Assembly: GCA_905178155.1 (NCBI GenBank)
Contig: CAJINV010000003.1
Location: 5,733,985 to 5,797,984, forward strand
Origin: Amoebophrya sp. A120
Lineage: Eukaryota; Protista; Dinoflagellata
Length of the DNA: 64,000 nucleotides
Direction: 5' to 3'
Shown here: positions 12,438 to 25,691 of the stretch, piece by piece
How the letters are laid out: each line of letters starts with the position of its first letter
Numbering within the stretch: position 1 is the first letter of the stretch
The notes under the pieces: generated by a model
Told to the model about the DNA's origin: nothing
The model's input: only the letters and a program-made list of their open reading frames with translations
Databases searched by the model: none
Program-made: the position numbers and the translations under genes

Positions 12438-13334
12438 CTGCAGGCTTGATACTAGGGCTCATTTCCGTCGCGACGCCGTGTCGTTGCCCCCCGGTTCCGA
12501 AAAAGGGTGTTTTCGAGAAAGTGAGCGAATACATCTCAAGAAACTGTGACAGCATACTGTAGTTGGTCTCCCCTCCGACCGCCTTGCTTGTTGTACCGGG
12601 CGCACAAAACAACTGTGATGACTTGATAGATACTATAAATGCACTCTGGAGCGACGTGTCGCTTTCCGCGTTCGACACGAGTGCAAAATCTTTTCTATTC
12701 ACAGTTCCGAAAGTGGAGCGTGTTGCTTATTGCTCCAAAATTTCGATATCCGGGATGCATGTTAACCCTCGCACCGATCCGATCAGAAAGGCAAAGTCGT
12801 GTCCTGCTATCCTAGGATGATCCAGAGATGACAGTTTGTGATTTTTGAAGTCTCGCGAAATTTTCGTGAATAAACCGTAATGGCAAAAAAGATTCCGCGA
12901 TCCAGGATCGATTGAATAACTGTGATCTCTGCTGAAAGTGAAAGCATCGTCAGATCCTTGCCTGTGAAATGCAAAACGATCAAACACAAAGATGATCCAG
13001 TAGTAGGTTAGTGATCCAGTGGTAGGAAGATCGTGGACCGTCTCCAAGCTAGGGAGTAGATGCAGGAATTTTGACAGTATCACATCTGACGAGAACAGGT
13101 GCTGCAGATGTTGGCGACTACACGAGCATAAGATAGTACACGATGAAAGGAAGAGCTGTCTTCGCTATTCGATATCTACATTGTGAACAACAGTAAGTTT
13201 CCTTACAAAATGCAAATTTTCTAGGTACGATTCTTCAGCGACGGGGTTCTTGTTAGATTCCTTTCAAAGTACTGTACAAAAAGCAGCATTGATACAATTA
13301 CCCTCGTATAATAACCGTCCTCTTCGTCAAAAGT

Positions 13335-16300
13335 ATGGTGCAGCTGAGTAAAGCCTATTTGCGGTACGAGGCGGGGGCCCAGTTTGGCGTCATTCAGTCG
13401 ACGAACTGCAATTTACTCCTTTCCGGGTGCGGGAAGTACCTGTTCACCTGCTGCAACGAGCGGATCGTGTGCTGGAGTTTGAAGAAGAGCGAGGCGGTCT
13501 TTTCGTTTGACGTGAACACGAACGTGCCCGTGAACCACGACTCCGCGACGTTACTGGTCTCCGTCACCCGCCTCGGATGGCTCCGCGACGGACACTTGCT
13601 GGTGGCGGGTTACGCAGACGGGACCGTGCGGGTGTGGGAGTTGTCGTTGAACACCGCTAGTGCGGTAGACCGCGGGTACGACACGTTCGACCTGAAACCG
13701 CCAAAACTCAAGGTCACCTTCCACGGACACAAGAACCAGGTCAGCTGTCTCGGGTTTAATATCCAGCACGATGCAGCGACGCGGGCGAAGAACTCCGGAA
13801 GTGGTGCAGCCCTCGCACGACAGCAGGAACAACATCAGTCTGGCGCAGCAAGTTCATCCGCGGTGGCGACGAGTAGTGCCGCCGCCGGAGCTGCTGCGTC
13901 CCAGCAGCTGCTTGCATCGGGCGGTTTTGACACGGACATTGTGGTGTGGGATGCGCTGGCGGAGGCCGGCGTGTGCCGGCTGCGCGGGCACCGGGACCGG
14001 GTAACCGGATTGTCCTTTTTGAGCGCCGACCGGGTTGTGTCCTGCGCCAAAGACCGGTGCGTCAAGCTGTGGGATGTCGCGACTCAGGTGTGCCTGCAGA
14101 CCATCGCCGAGCGCGCCGAGTTGTGGAGTCTTTGCGCAATCCAGGCAGACGAGGTGTGCCCGGGAAAGCAGTTGGTCGCGGTCGGCGGGGGAGACCACCT
14201 GCTTCGGTTGTATCAACTTGGAGAAACACCAAGTAGCAAGACAAATGCTGCCTCAAGTAGCAAGGGAGAAATCATTTCGGCAACATCAAGTAAAAACGAG
14301 AACAACTACAGCGACTACCGCCTTGCGGAATGGGGCCAGCTGCAACGCGAAATCACCAACGCCGCCTGTTCCTCGCTGCAGTTGGTGAAGCTCGCGAACG
14401 AGGGTGGCCGACTACTGGTATGCCAAAGCAACGGGAAAACCCTGGAGGCCTTCCGCCTGCACGACGAGAAAGAGATCGACAAGCGACGGAAGCGGCGGAG
14501 GAAGCGCGCGCAGGAGAAGCAGAAGAAGAAGGCCAACGCGTCAAACACAAATGTCCTGGCCGTCGACGAGGATGCGTTACTGGCTGCGGGCGCGGCGGCG
14601 GAGGAGCATTTGGACAAGACGCAGGCCGCCATGCAGCCCACAGACGCGTTCACGCGGTTGCCGGTGTACCGCGTCCCCGCGAAGCTGCACGGCATGGCGT
14701 GGGCGCAGGGGCGGTGCGCGCTGGGCCTCGCCAGCAACAGTGTGCAGGTGCTGGACAACGTGCAACTGCCCGAGCTGTCCGCCACGGAGGACTTGAACCG
14801 TCTCACGCCTTTGGTGGTGGAGAAAGCCTTCGCGCTCGAGCGTCCCGGGCACCGGAACTGCATCCGCGCAGTGGCGGTCAGTCCGGACGACATGCTGATT
14901 CTGTCCCTCGCCGCGGAAAGCATCAAAATCTGGTCCACCCAGACCCATCAGTGCCTGCAGACGCTGCCGAGCGGGTATGGCCTCTGCGGCTTCTTTCTGC
15001 CGGGAAACACGCACGTGCTGATCGCCACGAAGACCGGGGACTTGGAGCTTTACGACCTCGGCGCCGGCGTCCTCACGCAGAAGCACAGCCTGAGCGCCGA
15101 GGGCCGCGCGCTCTACGCCCTCGCGCCCACCCCGGGCGAAACCGGTTTCTGCGTCGGCGGGGCCGACCGGCAGGTCACTTTCTTCGAGTGGGTGTACTAC
15201 ACGCAAAGCGATTTGGGAACTAGTAGCTCAAGCGACAACATCAGCGCGAAGAAAAAGCAAAAGAAGCAGAGCAAACAGCCCGATGCGAACGCGGAACGGA
15301 AAATTCTGCAGTTCAGAAAAGTAGCTGCGCAGCTGCAAAATCTTGATCCGACGGAAGAAGAGGTTGATGATCCGGAAAATAAGGAAGGGCGCGCCGGAAA
15401 AAATTCCGGCGTCGAAGCAGGTACTACTTCATCTAAGCAATCCAGCCTCGACATGCCTGATGACGTGATGGCGCTTGCCTACGGGAAGGACTGGCTGGCG
15501 GTTGGCATGCTGGATAACAATGTGTCAATCTACTATGGCGACAGTCGGAAGCACAACCTTTCCCTATATGGTCACCAGCTGCCGGTCCTGTGCGTGGACC
15601 TCACTTCGGACCAGCAAATGGTCGCGTCGGGAAGCGCGGACAAAACCATCAAACTCTGGTCCACGCGGTTCGGAAACTGCCACAAGTCTCTGCGCGCGCA
15701 CGAGGACAGCGTCATGTGCGTTCGGTTCGTGCGGGAAACGCATTACCTAGTGTCGTGTGGCAAGGACAAGGCGGTCAAGACGTGGGACTGCGACACCTAC
15801 GAGCTCATCGCGAACTTAGGTTACCACACCGGCGAAGTCTGGGGCATGGGCCTATCGTACTCATTCTAAAACTTTTGAAGGAGTTTTTTTGCATTATTCG
15901 CACTTGAAATTTTTTTTTGTCGAAAAAATGTATCTGCAGTTCATGATTTCGCCTTCCTGTATGCTTTACCGATCGAAGAAGATGCACCAAAAAATGCACG
16001 TGCTCGACAATCGGTAGTTGTACAACAGCGCAGTCACTTCATCGCTCCGACCGATAAAAAAAACCAGGTACGACGGCGCGTTTCTCGTAACGGGGGGCGA
16101 AGACCGCGCGCTGCGGTTCTGGCGACGGACGGAGCAGCAGTTTTTCGCGCACGAAGAGCGGGAAAAGGAGCTGGAGCAGCAGATGGAGCAGGAGGCGGTC
16201 CGCGACGATTTTGGTGCGGGCACGGTGGAGAATCTGCGGCCGACGCGCAAGAACCTAGAGGTGATCAAGACAACGGACAAGTTGATGGAAATTTTGGACC

Positions 16301-16971
16301 GCGCGGACGAGAACGTGAAGATGGGACTGGACAAAACGCGACAGACAGCGATCGTGAAGTCGGTCAATACCCTGCTCCCAGCGAACATTTACGAGGTTCT
16401 GCTCGCCCTGCCGTTTTCCCACTCACTAGACATTCTGGAAACCGTCGCGCGCTTGCTGGGCTCTCTTCTCGAGGAGCAGGGGACGACGTCGAGGACCAGC
16501 GACGGTGTTGAGGAAAGTTATAAAGCCGACTCTGGTCGTCGTGCCCAGGAGGAGGGCAAGAACCCGAAGCAATTGGTGGCGGAAAATATTAAAGGCAAGA
16601 ATTATAGCAAAGGCGATACAACTTCTTGCTGCACCAAGCAGCACCAGCTTTCCCTGCTGACGGAGACGACGATTCGCGCGACGTTGATCCTCATCCACGT
16701 GCACAGCAAGCAGCTGGGGCAGAACGCCGAGTACGTCGAGCTGCTCATCAAGCTGCGCGACGGCATCCGCTCCTTCGTCCAGCGACACATGGAAAATGTG
16801 GGCGTCAACGCGGCCGCTATGGAATTCTTCTTGGAAGAGATGAAATTTTCCCAAGGAACGGGCAATTTTTTCGGCGCTCGAGGACCCACTTCGACAGGGA
16901 CGAATAAGCGGACGGGGGGGAAGGAAGCTTATGCACGCGGAAACTCGACGAAAAAAATGAAAGCAAAATGA
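13335..16971 (+). CDS. WDR3: WD-repeat SSU processome protein WDR3/Dip2/Utp12, 2 exons (13335-15856, 16068-16971)
   Basis: N-terminal KAYLRYEAGAQFGVI, many WD repeats, SLYGHQLPVLCVD, SGSADKTIKLW..FGNCHKSLRAHEDSVM and a C-terminal Utp12-like EVLLALPFS. GT-AG intron at 15857-16067. Confidence 0.92.
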
Positions 16972-17765
16972 TGCTGGCATTCTGTGGTCTCTGCAGGCAG
17001 CTATATCAGCTTGCAAGAAAACGAAAATACTCAAAAGAGATGAATCGCCTAAGAACGAGCACTTGCTACACTGCAAAGGAAATTTCTCATTACAAAAGGA
17101 TACGGATCTGCTGCCCCACAGCTCCCGCATTTTTGATCCGTGTGAAGAACAAAGAGTGTTCATCAAAAATGATGTGATGATTCATCGCTCAGACGCAACA
17201 GCAAACCTGAGACAGCGTTCAGCTTTCGCTCGCGATTGTGACAAGTATGCAAGACCACTGCGATCATCGAAACAGATCTAGCGTGATGAGCATGAGCATC
17301 TCATCAAAAGCGTGATCTGAAATTAGGTCTTGAAGCGTGAATAAACACAAAGATCTGCCTTTGAAATGGACCGCATGGGATTGCGTTTCACCAAAAGTCC
17401 ACCTCTGATCCCCAATGTACCATGTCGACAAGTTCTATTTGTAAAGTAGTTTATTCGCTCAAGATGCTGCTCGGATCAGAAGAATTCCAACGCGTTTGGA
17501 TCTGCGCTCCAGCATAGGAGGCAGCCGAAGCTGCACGGGCGATCAGACAAACCAAGCAATAGAAGCCTACCCATTAACGGCTTTAACATACGCTCATTTT
17601 TTTTGACCGGTTCAGCAACACCTGGATAGAAGAAGCGTTCTTGAGCCTTACGCGAGATGATTTCAACATTTTGAACTAAACGAAAGCCTTTAATAACCTT
17701 GACTGAACACCTCAACTTTTTTGTCGACTCGCGCCTCTTGATATTAAGTATCTTCATTTACGACC

Positions 17766-20700
17766 ATGCCGACCGTGGGCATCTACGCTGACGAGCTGTG
17801 CAAGGCTCTGAACATCGAGTATGACGACAAAAACGAGAAACTAAAAGAACAGGGCGAGATATGGATTGCAAAAATGTCTGGGTCTGGAAGAATGCGAGAT
17901 CTGTCATGCAGTTTTTGCCTGACCCAGATCGTCTGGTATGCAAGCTCTAGCATCACAGATTTTGAGCACTTATTCCAATGCCTAATCCGCATGACAAATC
18001 CTCCTTCTCGGAAACAAGAAATGGGGCTTTTTGCTAGCCATGCATGACAGATTTTATCTTGATGTAGACATCGCATCACAAATTCGAATCCTTCCAGACC
18101 CAGACACTTTTGCATTTGATACGAGAAGACGTTCGACGACTTGTGTTTCGAGTACGGACTGGAGCTCGACGATGTCACCTGCGACTACGAGATGGTAAAA
18201 GCGGAAAAGGGCCAGGAGGCCGCGGACTTGGCACGGGAGGAGGCTGCTGCCAAAGGCAAGGACACCATGCGCACGATCTGGAAAGTTGATATACCCGCAA
18301 ACCGCTACGACTTGCTCTGCATCGAAGGTACAACGCGTGCTGCGGGTTTGTGCTTCGCAAGTGGAAATATGAATGCATTAGGCGCGGCGCTTAAAAACCT
18401 TGTCTCGAGATAATTGTTCTGGGACCGAAAGAACAGGAATCCGAGTCAAAACATGCAAAGATGAACCCGAAATGAAGTCAGCGAGAAAAAAATCTGGCTT
18501 ATTGCTCAAAAATAATACTCACAGGGTTGACGAGGTCACTCCAGACGTACCGCGGGGTGATGGATCCGGTTCAATACAGCTTGGTAAAACCGGAAAGGCC
18601 ACTGCAGTGCTTTGTCAAGAAGGAGGTCGCGCAGGTGCGCCCCTACTTCGTGATGGCGGTGCTGCGTAACATATCCTTCACTCCAGCCAGCTACGAGTCT
18701 TTCATCGATCTGCAAGACAAGCTACATCAGAACATCGGTACAGATACAGTGGGTTTACCTCAAAATTTGGCGGTTTTTCACGTACATATGTGGTCCTTAT
18801 CTTTGCGGTGAGCAGCAGCCGGATGTTGCAAACAGCCATGATTATGTATGATCCAAAAGAACATTTATTCTCAGGTAGGAGGCGGGAGCTCGTGTCTATG
18901 GGAACCCACGACCTTGACACGCTCGAAGGACCATTCACGTACGAAGCGCTGGCTCCGGAAACGATAAATTTTGTTCCCTTGAAGGATCCCGAGGGGGTTT
19001 CCCTCGACGGCTCCCGGTCTTTCGACGCCAAGTCACTCCTCACCGGCTACCAGTCACACCAGCAGCTCCGCGCTTACGTAAGTTTGATGTAGTTTCCTGC
19101 GGTTAACTAACATAAGTACCACCTAGGGTGAGTTTCGTGGAACGACTTCTGAGAACTTCTATTTGCTCAACACATGACGTGGTCCCAAGCCAACGACACG
19201 GCGTTTTTAAGTTTTGGGTTATAAAAATTACAAACCAGGTGCCGTTGATTTACGACAAGCCGAAATACCCCGTTATCTACGACAAAAAGCGGACCGTATG
19301 CTCGCTGCCTCCCATCATCAACAGCTGGCACTCACGGATCAAGCTGGAAACCAAAAACGTGCTCCTGGACGTCACCGGATTGGACTACACAAAATGCTGC
19401 GTGGTGCTGGACACTTTGTGCGCCATGTTTTCCCAACACTGCGAGAAACCCTTCGAAGTGGAGCAGGTACTAGCAGGAAAAACTTAGGGCTCTTGTTCGT
19501 TGGGTTGCATAAGTACGACCAAGAGCATCAGCATCTTCCGTGTGTTATGGATCATATAGCATCAACTTCTATGTGGAAATGCAGATGGGATCTTTCTGGT
19601 GTACCTTTGTCAATGTGTATAGTTAGATTTATCCCCAACACCAATTGGACACTTAAACAGGTCGAAATGATCATCGAGGAAGATTACCCGAAGGACGTGC
19701 CCTTCGTGACCCCGGGATCGCGGAAGCTGTACCCAACTATGGCGGAAAAAAAGTTCACTGCCAACCCGGAGAGGATGAAGGACTGGCTCGACATCAAGCA
19801 TTTGAGTAATTTGCATTGGTTTGCTTTCGACAAAAGGAAAAACATTTTCACATCTGGGGTGAAGACGACTCACTTTTCTGCGAGATAAACAAGTAGTTCT
19901 CGTCACTTGTTGACAACTATTTTCTTGTTGCCAGGAGCCGAATTATGAAGAACATTTGTAAAAATGAATAATATCACAGGCACACCAGACGTGCAGACGT
20001 ATCTGAAGAAGATGATGATGCCATCCGAGGTGCTGAGCGACGGGCAGCTGTCGGTCCGCGTCCCGTGCACGCGATCGGACGTAATGCACGAGTGCGACGT
20101 AATCGAGGATTTGGCCATTGCCTACGGCTACAACAACCTCCGCGCCGTCGTGCCCGAAGTGGTGGCGGACATCAAGGACCAGAAGGTCGGGCGGCTGACG
20201 GACATGCTGCGCCAAGAATTCGCCGGCGCGGGCTACAATGAGGGGCTCACCTTCGTCCTGGTACAAGAAATGCATTTTATTCAAAGTAGCAAGAGCTTGG
20301 CTTGTGGTGGTTCCCTGTAGCATTTTGCCTCGTGGTCCCTGTAGCATTTCTTTCCACTGTGACGTCTATTTGCATCGGGCGAAGTGGTCCACCTGCTCGT
20401 GACATTATGAATTGGTTTGATCAACATCAACGAGAAGTTTTTGCAACTACAACCTCAAAAAATTATCACAGTGCTCCAAGGAGGACTGCTTCAAGTGGTT
20501 CCGGCGAGAGCCGTGCGCGGAGACGCTGGAACGGCAGCCGCACGCGTGGAGCTACGAGCCGCTGCTGCCGCCGGTGCTGCTGAAGAACCCGAAGACCAAG
20601 GAGTACAACACGGTGCGGACCAGTCTGGTCCCCGGGCTGCTGAAGACGCTGAACCACAACAAGAAGAACCCGCTCCCCATCCGGTTCTTCGAGGTCGCGG

Positions 20701-21146
20701 ACGTGGTGGTGCAGGACAACGCGCAGGAGACCAACGCCCGCAACATGCGCCGCGCGGCGGCGGTGATCTGCAACCGCACCAGTTCCTTCGAGGAGATCCA
20801 CGGGCTGCTGGACCACCTGATGTACAAGCTGGACTGCCGCAGCAGCGTTTGGATCGGGGAGGAAAAGCTGAAGAACGGTGGCAAGTGCGACTGGACGGGC
20901 AAAGTGTACGAGCTGCAGCACGGCAGCGACGCGGAGTTCCTCCCCGGCATGTGCGGACACATTTTCGTGGACGGCATCAAGATCGGCGTGGCGGGCGTGC
21001 TCAGACCGGACGTGTTGAACCCGCCTCCGGAGTTCGTCGGAGACGGCGCCGACAAGGTACGCCTCACCGCCCCGTGGAGCATCACCGCACCCGTGTCCGC
21101 CCTGGAATTCAACGTCGAACCCTTCCTCGAGTGGCTCAACCAGTAA
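17766..21146 (+). CDS. FARSB: Phenylalanyl-tRNA synthetase beta subunit (cytosolic), 8 exons
   Basis: Motifs [92 protein letters not shown]. Intron 1 is a TIR element. GT-AG introns at 18328-18524, 18738-18874, 19078-19238, 19467-19660, 19806-19979 and 20261-20471. Confidence 0.96.
17860..18121. mobile_element. Introner-like element, family A (262 bp, forward orientation) in FARSB
   Basis: TSD CGAGA at 17855-59 and 18122-26. TIR tatggattgcaaaaatgtctgggtctggaag / cttccagacccagacacttttgcatttgata. Removal gives EQGE|[11 protein letters not shown]. Best ends are AT..AG. Confidence 0.93.
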
Positions 21147-21930
21147 AACGCTCCTATACCGGCGACCGCGGGGCGTCTTGAAAATGTGCAGGACAGCAGG
21201 AAGTTGCACAATGCATCATGATCTGTTGTGGTGATGCTGCGCGGACGAGGTCTCCCACGGTGCTGTCCCCGCGACTGCAGCCTTTCTCGCGCCGAAGGTT
21301 GCAAGTAGGAAGACTACAGGGCTGTGCAGTCTGTCGTAGAAACCAATTCTGTATACGTAGATCCGTGTACAACTTTCTAGTGTATCACGCAAGAAATTAT
21401 GCGGACTTGCTTCGTGAGCAGCAAGCTTTACAGACGGGCAATGGTCCTGTGCTGCGCAATATCGTGCGGCTGTTCGTGCCCCGATGCAAACGATCCAAAT
21501 GAGGCGAAGTGTGAAAAAAGATCCTACGGTCAAATTGAAACTTTGCGCCACGTATCAGATCTCGTGAATACTAAGTCTGCGCACACAACCAGAGTCGGAG
21601 ATCACGTTCATAGAACCCCTTCATGGTTGTAAAGCTCCACGAAGTTTGAAAAAATTTCATTTTAGAAAGATCACAACTCGCTCCTGTGAAACGCAAATAC
21701 TCAACAATGAACGCAAATACAAAAAACTACTGCAATACTCAAATCTCTGTCATCAGATCCGCGACTGTGGATGATTTTTCCTTGCACTCCGCCTTGTCAC
21801 CTTACAACTCCAGGACAAATCTTCTCTTTAGTACTGATTCGTGAAGAAGAAATTAGCGGACTGACATTAACCACAAGAAAAGAAGTACATTTTGCATGTG
21901 TCAAGCCCCGGAAATTCTAGAACTTTCACC

Positions 21931-23259
21931 ATGACAGGCGGAGCAGCCTCCAGCAGCGACCCGCGGCTCTTTGCGCTGGAGTGCGGGGGTCCGATTTTCG
22001 ACTGCGCCTGGCATCCCCGGGAGCAGCGGCTCTTCGTGACGGCGGCCATCAACGGGAACGCAGATTTGTTCGACGTGGAGAGCGAAAACCAGACCTGTCT
22101 GGTTCGCCGCAAGCGACACAACGGCGCCGTGCGTTGCGTGGGATTTTCGCCGAAAGCGGGCGACCGGTGGGCCACGGGGAGCAGCGACTGCACGGCGTTG
22201 TTGTCGGACACGGAAACCAGCGCGAGAATAAGCCGCACTACTTTCGAGGCTGCGGTGAACGTGCTGCGCTTTGTGGACGTGTCCTCCTCCTCCGTCCTCG
22301 GGAACAACGACAGCTCGCAACTGCTGGTGTGCGGTCTGGATGACGGAAGCTTGCACTTTCTCGACGCGCGCACCAAGGGCGGCGTGGTCGCGACGCTGGC
22401 GGAGCAGGAAGACTTCGTGTCCGACCTGTTGTTTCTCCCGGGGAAAAACCACTTGTGCGCGACCTCCGGGGACGGCACGCTCGGCGTGTTTGACGTGCGG
22501 AAGAAGAAGCTGTTCGCGCTGTCCGATCCGCAGGACGACGAGCTCCTTTCCCTGGCCCTGTGCAAGGACGGGCGGAAAATCGTGTGCGGTGCGCAGGAGG
22601 GCGACTGCAAAATCTTCACCGTGGACGACTACGGGGACTGCAAGGACCGGATTGTGTTGGACAGCGGAGGGGGCAGTAGCGTGGCGCAACGCGACACCCT
22701 GGAGCTCTTCGGCGTGGGGACGTCCACGTCGGCCGGAGGTACAAATAAAACGGACGGTGCCGGCGCGAAGAGGGGGGCGAAGAGCGTGTCCAGCACGACG
22801 GCCGTGGAGAAGGTGTCCACGGACGCGCTGTGCAACCTGGGAAACAGCGAGGAGTACCTGTTGAGCGGGGGCAGCGACGGCCAGCTGCGACTGCTGGGCG
22901 TCCACTCGGCGCAGCACGGGAATCGGGTGGTGGCGCGCTTGGGTCTGCACGGGGAGGAGGAGATGCCGATCGAGGTGATCCGGCAAAGTCCCTGGAGTCC
23001 GACCACCGTCGCCTCGTGCGGCCACGACGGGCGCGTCCAGTTCTGGGACTTTTCGAATCTGCTGGCAAGCGTCTGTCAAAAAGGAGGGGGTGCATTGACT
23101 GTAAGCGGTGAAGGAGCCGCAGACTCGTTGCTCGAGCCGGAAGGTCATGCGCTGGGAGGCAAGAAAAAGAAAAAGAGGAAGGTGCTAGACCTCGGGGCAA
23201 CGTCGGTGCGCGCGAATGACACGGGAAAGAACAACTTTTGGAGTGGCCTGCAATTCTAA
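21931..23259 (+). CDS. WDR55: WD-repeat protein WDR55/Jip5-like
   Basis: Intronless WD40 protein with IFDCAWHP, EQEDFVSDL, ATSGDGTLGVFDVRK, SDPQDDELLSL, YGDCKDRI and a C-terminal basic patch plus NNFWSGL. Confidence 0.8.
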   Translation: MTGGAASSSDPRLFALECGGPIFDCAWHPREQRLFVTAAINGNADLFDVESENQTCLVRRKRHNGAVRCVGFSPKAGDRWATGSSDCTALLSDTETSARISRTTFEAAVNVLRFVDVSSSSVLGNNDSSQLLVCGLDDGSLHFLDARTKGGVVATLAEQEDFVSDLLFLPGKNHLCATSGDGTLGVFDVRKKKLFALSDPQDDELLSLALCKDGRKIVCGAQEGDCKIFTVDDYGDCKDRIVLDSGGGSSVAQRDTLELFGVGTSTSAGGTNKTDGAGAKRGAKSVSSTTAVEKVSTDALCNLGNSEEYLLSGGSDGQLRLLGVHSAQHGNRVVARLGLHGEEEMPIEVIRQSPWSPTTVASCGHDGRVQFWDFSNLLASVCQKGGGALTVSGEGAADSLLEPEGHALGGKKKKKRKVLDLGATSVRANDTGKNNFWSGLQF

Positions 23260-23655
23260 CATGCTCCCGCGACTTCTGAACGCAGAAATTCCACGCTTGC
23301 GCGAACAAGAACTCTCTTTGCGGACCGCACCGCGTCCTGTTAAGGACGTAAACTCACACAGGATATTTTATAAGTATTTCGGACCTGCTAGTCTATGTCA
23401 GGGGCTAGCCGCCAATGACTGTTCATTGCCCATGGGGCAAGTAGTTAAAGCTGAACGCGTCTTCTTGTTCAGATACACGATCACATAAAACGCTTTCTGA
23501 GAGCGGAGCGCGGTGGTGTTTCACAAACACGCTGAAAAGGGCGACTGAGTCTTGCCCTGGAACGAGTGCGACAATTTTTCTGGAGTTCTTCTGTTCCCCG
23601 AAGCTTTTCTGTCTGAGGCAACTTGCGTCTGAATTTTCGAAGAGACAGTAAAACC

Positions 23656-25172
23656 ATGGCGTCTACTTCGACTCCGGCCTCCTCGTCAAGTCGGTTTGCG
23701 CCGCCGTTGCGGCAGATTTTGTCCAAAGATGGGACGACAAAGCCTGGGGGTGCGCACTTTAACGGATTTCGGGATGTTTCCGTCGACGGGGAATCTTCCT
23801 TGCTGGACCCGAAAAACGTATCCGAAGGCGAAATCTGCAAAGCATCATACGTCTAGCCCTAATATGCGCACAGGCATGCTCGTCGCCGTGAAGTAGTGCA
23901 GAAGCGCGGCTTCGCTTCCGGCCTGGTTTGCAGGAGTAGACCCAGAAAAGTCGAAGTGTTGCATGGATGGGTGGTGGGCAATGTGTACAGCAAGGAATTC
24001 GATGTACTTGGAGTTGTTGAGAGCGTTATTTGCTGCACTAGACTGATGCTCGCTGGGTTTCGTTTTCTCGGCATACGAGACCTTGCGCATTCTCTCGCCG
24101 ACTGCAACGGGTGTCCTTCCTCGCGACAATGTGATACGGCTTACGAAAATGGCTTTCGAGGAAATCGGAGTCCGGCGCCAAGAAAAAAAGCAGTTGGATT
24201 CACTGGTCGCGGACAGTCGGCGGGCCCTGGCAGAGACGAAACGAAAAATCGAACTGCAGAAACAAAAAGTAAAAACTTTTGATTTGCTACCCCGGGAGCC
24301 GCTTCTTGCTGTGAATATCACGTAATAGTACCAGACAGGAACGTAAATCGACACGCTCCGCACGACTAAGTAGTAGAAGCAGACTCCACGTAAGCAGAGG
24401 GAGTGGTGTCTGTGCTTTGATGCGACGAGCAGGATACGGAAGCTGCATGTGCACCAAATACAAAACATCAAACCAGATTCGAATGCTTTCCAGTGAGACA
24501 ATACGGTACGAAAACGAAACGAAGCGAGTGGAGGATGAGATGGGGCTACTTCACCGCGAAAGTACGGGACTTGAGCGGCTTAATCGCAAAACGGCCAGCG
24601 AAGCAAAGCAACTAGTGTACTATACATACAGCAGCCTGCCGATACGGAATGATTTTTTCGCTTTGATGCTTGGCATATACTCTGGAGCCTGAGATGAAAA
24701 CACCCGTTGCGGATTAGTTCGTCTTCGTACTCGTAGCTGTAGGAAATTTTGGGAAATAAACCTCGTATGCTCAACATCTGTAACACATCAGCGCCGACAA
24801 CAATAGTATCCTGATTGCGCTGTATGAAGCCACGAAGACCAAAAGGGAAGCGGAAGACAACGTGCAGGAGTACTTGCTTTACAACTCTGCCCCTAGTTTT
24901 TCTTTCGCACACTGTTAGTTTTCCATTTGCAGTTGTTCGGCGTACGTTCTAGTGCTATGCTCCTCTCGTGTCAATGTTGCGCTCGTCAAAAACAAAATCG
25001 TAGGGCCAGGAAGGCATATTTCGCAGAAGCAGATGCGCGGCGGATGATGACGCAAAGTTTCCGTTTATACGCGGTACGGAACGCGAGCTACGCCGAGCGC
25101 TTGGCACGGGCGCACCGTCAGCGGTATCAGCTCAACGCCGCGATTCTGGGAGCTGCAGGAGTACAGACCTGA
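23656..25172 (+). CDS. Hypothetical coiled-coil protein, ~4 exons (approx. 23656-23817, 24080-24268, ~24477-24614, ~24933-25172)
   Basis: Successive + strand ORF segments with coiled-coil character (RRALAETKRKIELQKQK; ENETKRVEDEMG) separated by intron-like spacers. Later exon boundaries are approximate. Confidence 0.5.
23819..24075. mobile_element. Degenerate introner-like element, now spliceable as GT-AG (23818-24079)
   Basis: Start tatccgaaggcgaaatctgcaaagcatca pairs imperfectly with end tgatgctcgctgggtttcgttttctcggcata. The GT-AG intron length (262) equals the element plus 5. The TSD has decayed. Confidence 0.55.
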
Positions 25173-25691
25173 CCAGCAGTTAAGCAAATTTGCCGGCGCA
25201 GCTGCACGGGTGGAGATGCACTGGATGTACGATTTAATACAAGAAAAGAGAAATGCACAAAGAATCTAAATCAGAAGAACTAAGCGACAGAACGTGGCTA
25301 GCAAGTTCGCAATGACGGAATAGGAAACAGGCACTTGTCCTTGTACAGAAGGAAACTGATTGTCCATCCGTGTAAGATCCCTCCGCTTGGCAATTTTGAA
25401 AATAAGTACATCTTTCAACACTGTAACGTTGGCCGAACCGGTACCGAGTTTCGGGAAGGTCTTCCGTGTTCGATTCGTCCGGAGTCTGATTTTGGTCACA
25501 GTACGTAACGATCAGCTCAGCAGAACGCATTGTATTCGTTCACAGATCCTTGCTTGTGCTTCTTTATCCGATCACGTTTTTCTTTCTGATTTTGTTGAAT
25601 CGACTGTGGTCTTCTTTTGTGAATTTAGGAATTTGTTTCGGTCACTCGAGCAGTAGCTGCAGGTTCCGCGCCGAAAAAGGTCGTGCGAAAA

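Noticed and set aside
17766-21146. FARSB, AMT and the carrier as frameshifted or transposon-killed pseudogenes
   Set aside because: Exons keep conserved motifs and strong codon bias with no internal stops, and every interruption is removable in frame.
21901-23148. Long minus-strand ORFs (415 aa here, and others antisense to GC-rich genes)
   Set aside because: They are shadows of high-GC3 plus-strand genes and have no recognisable motifs.
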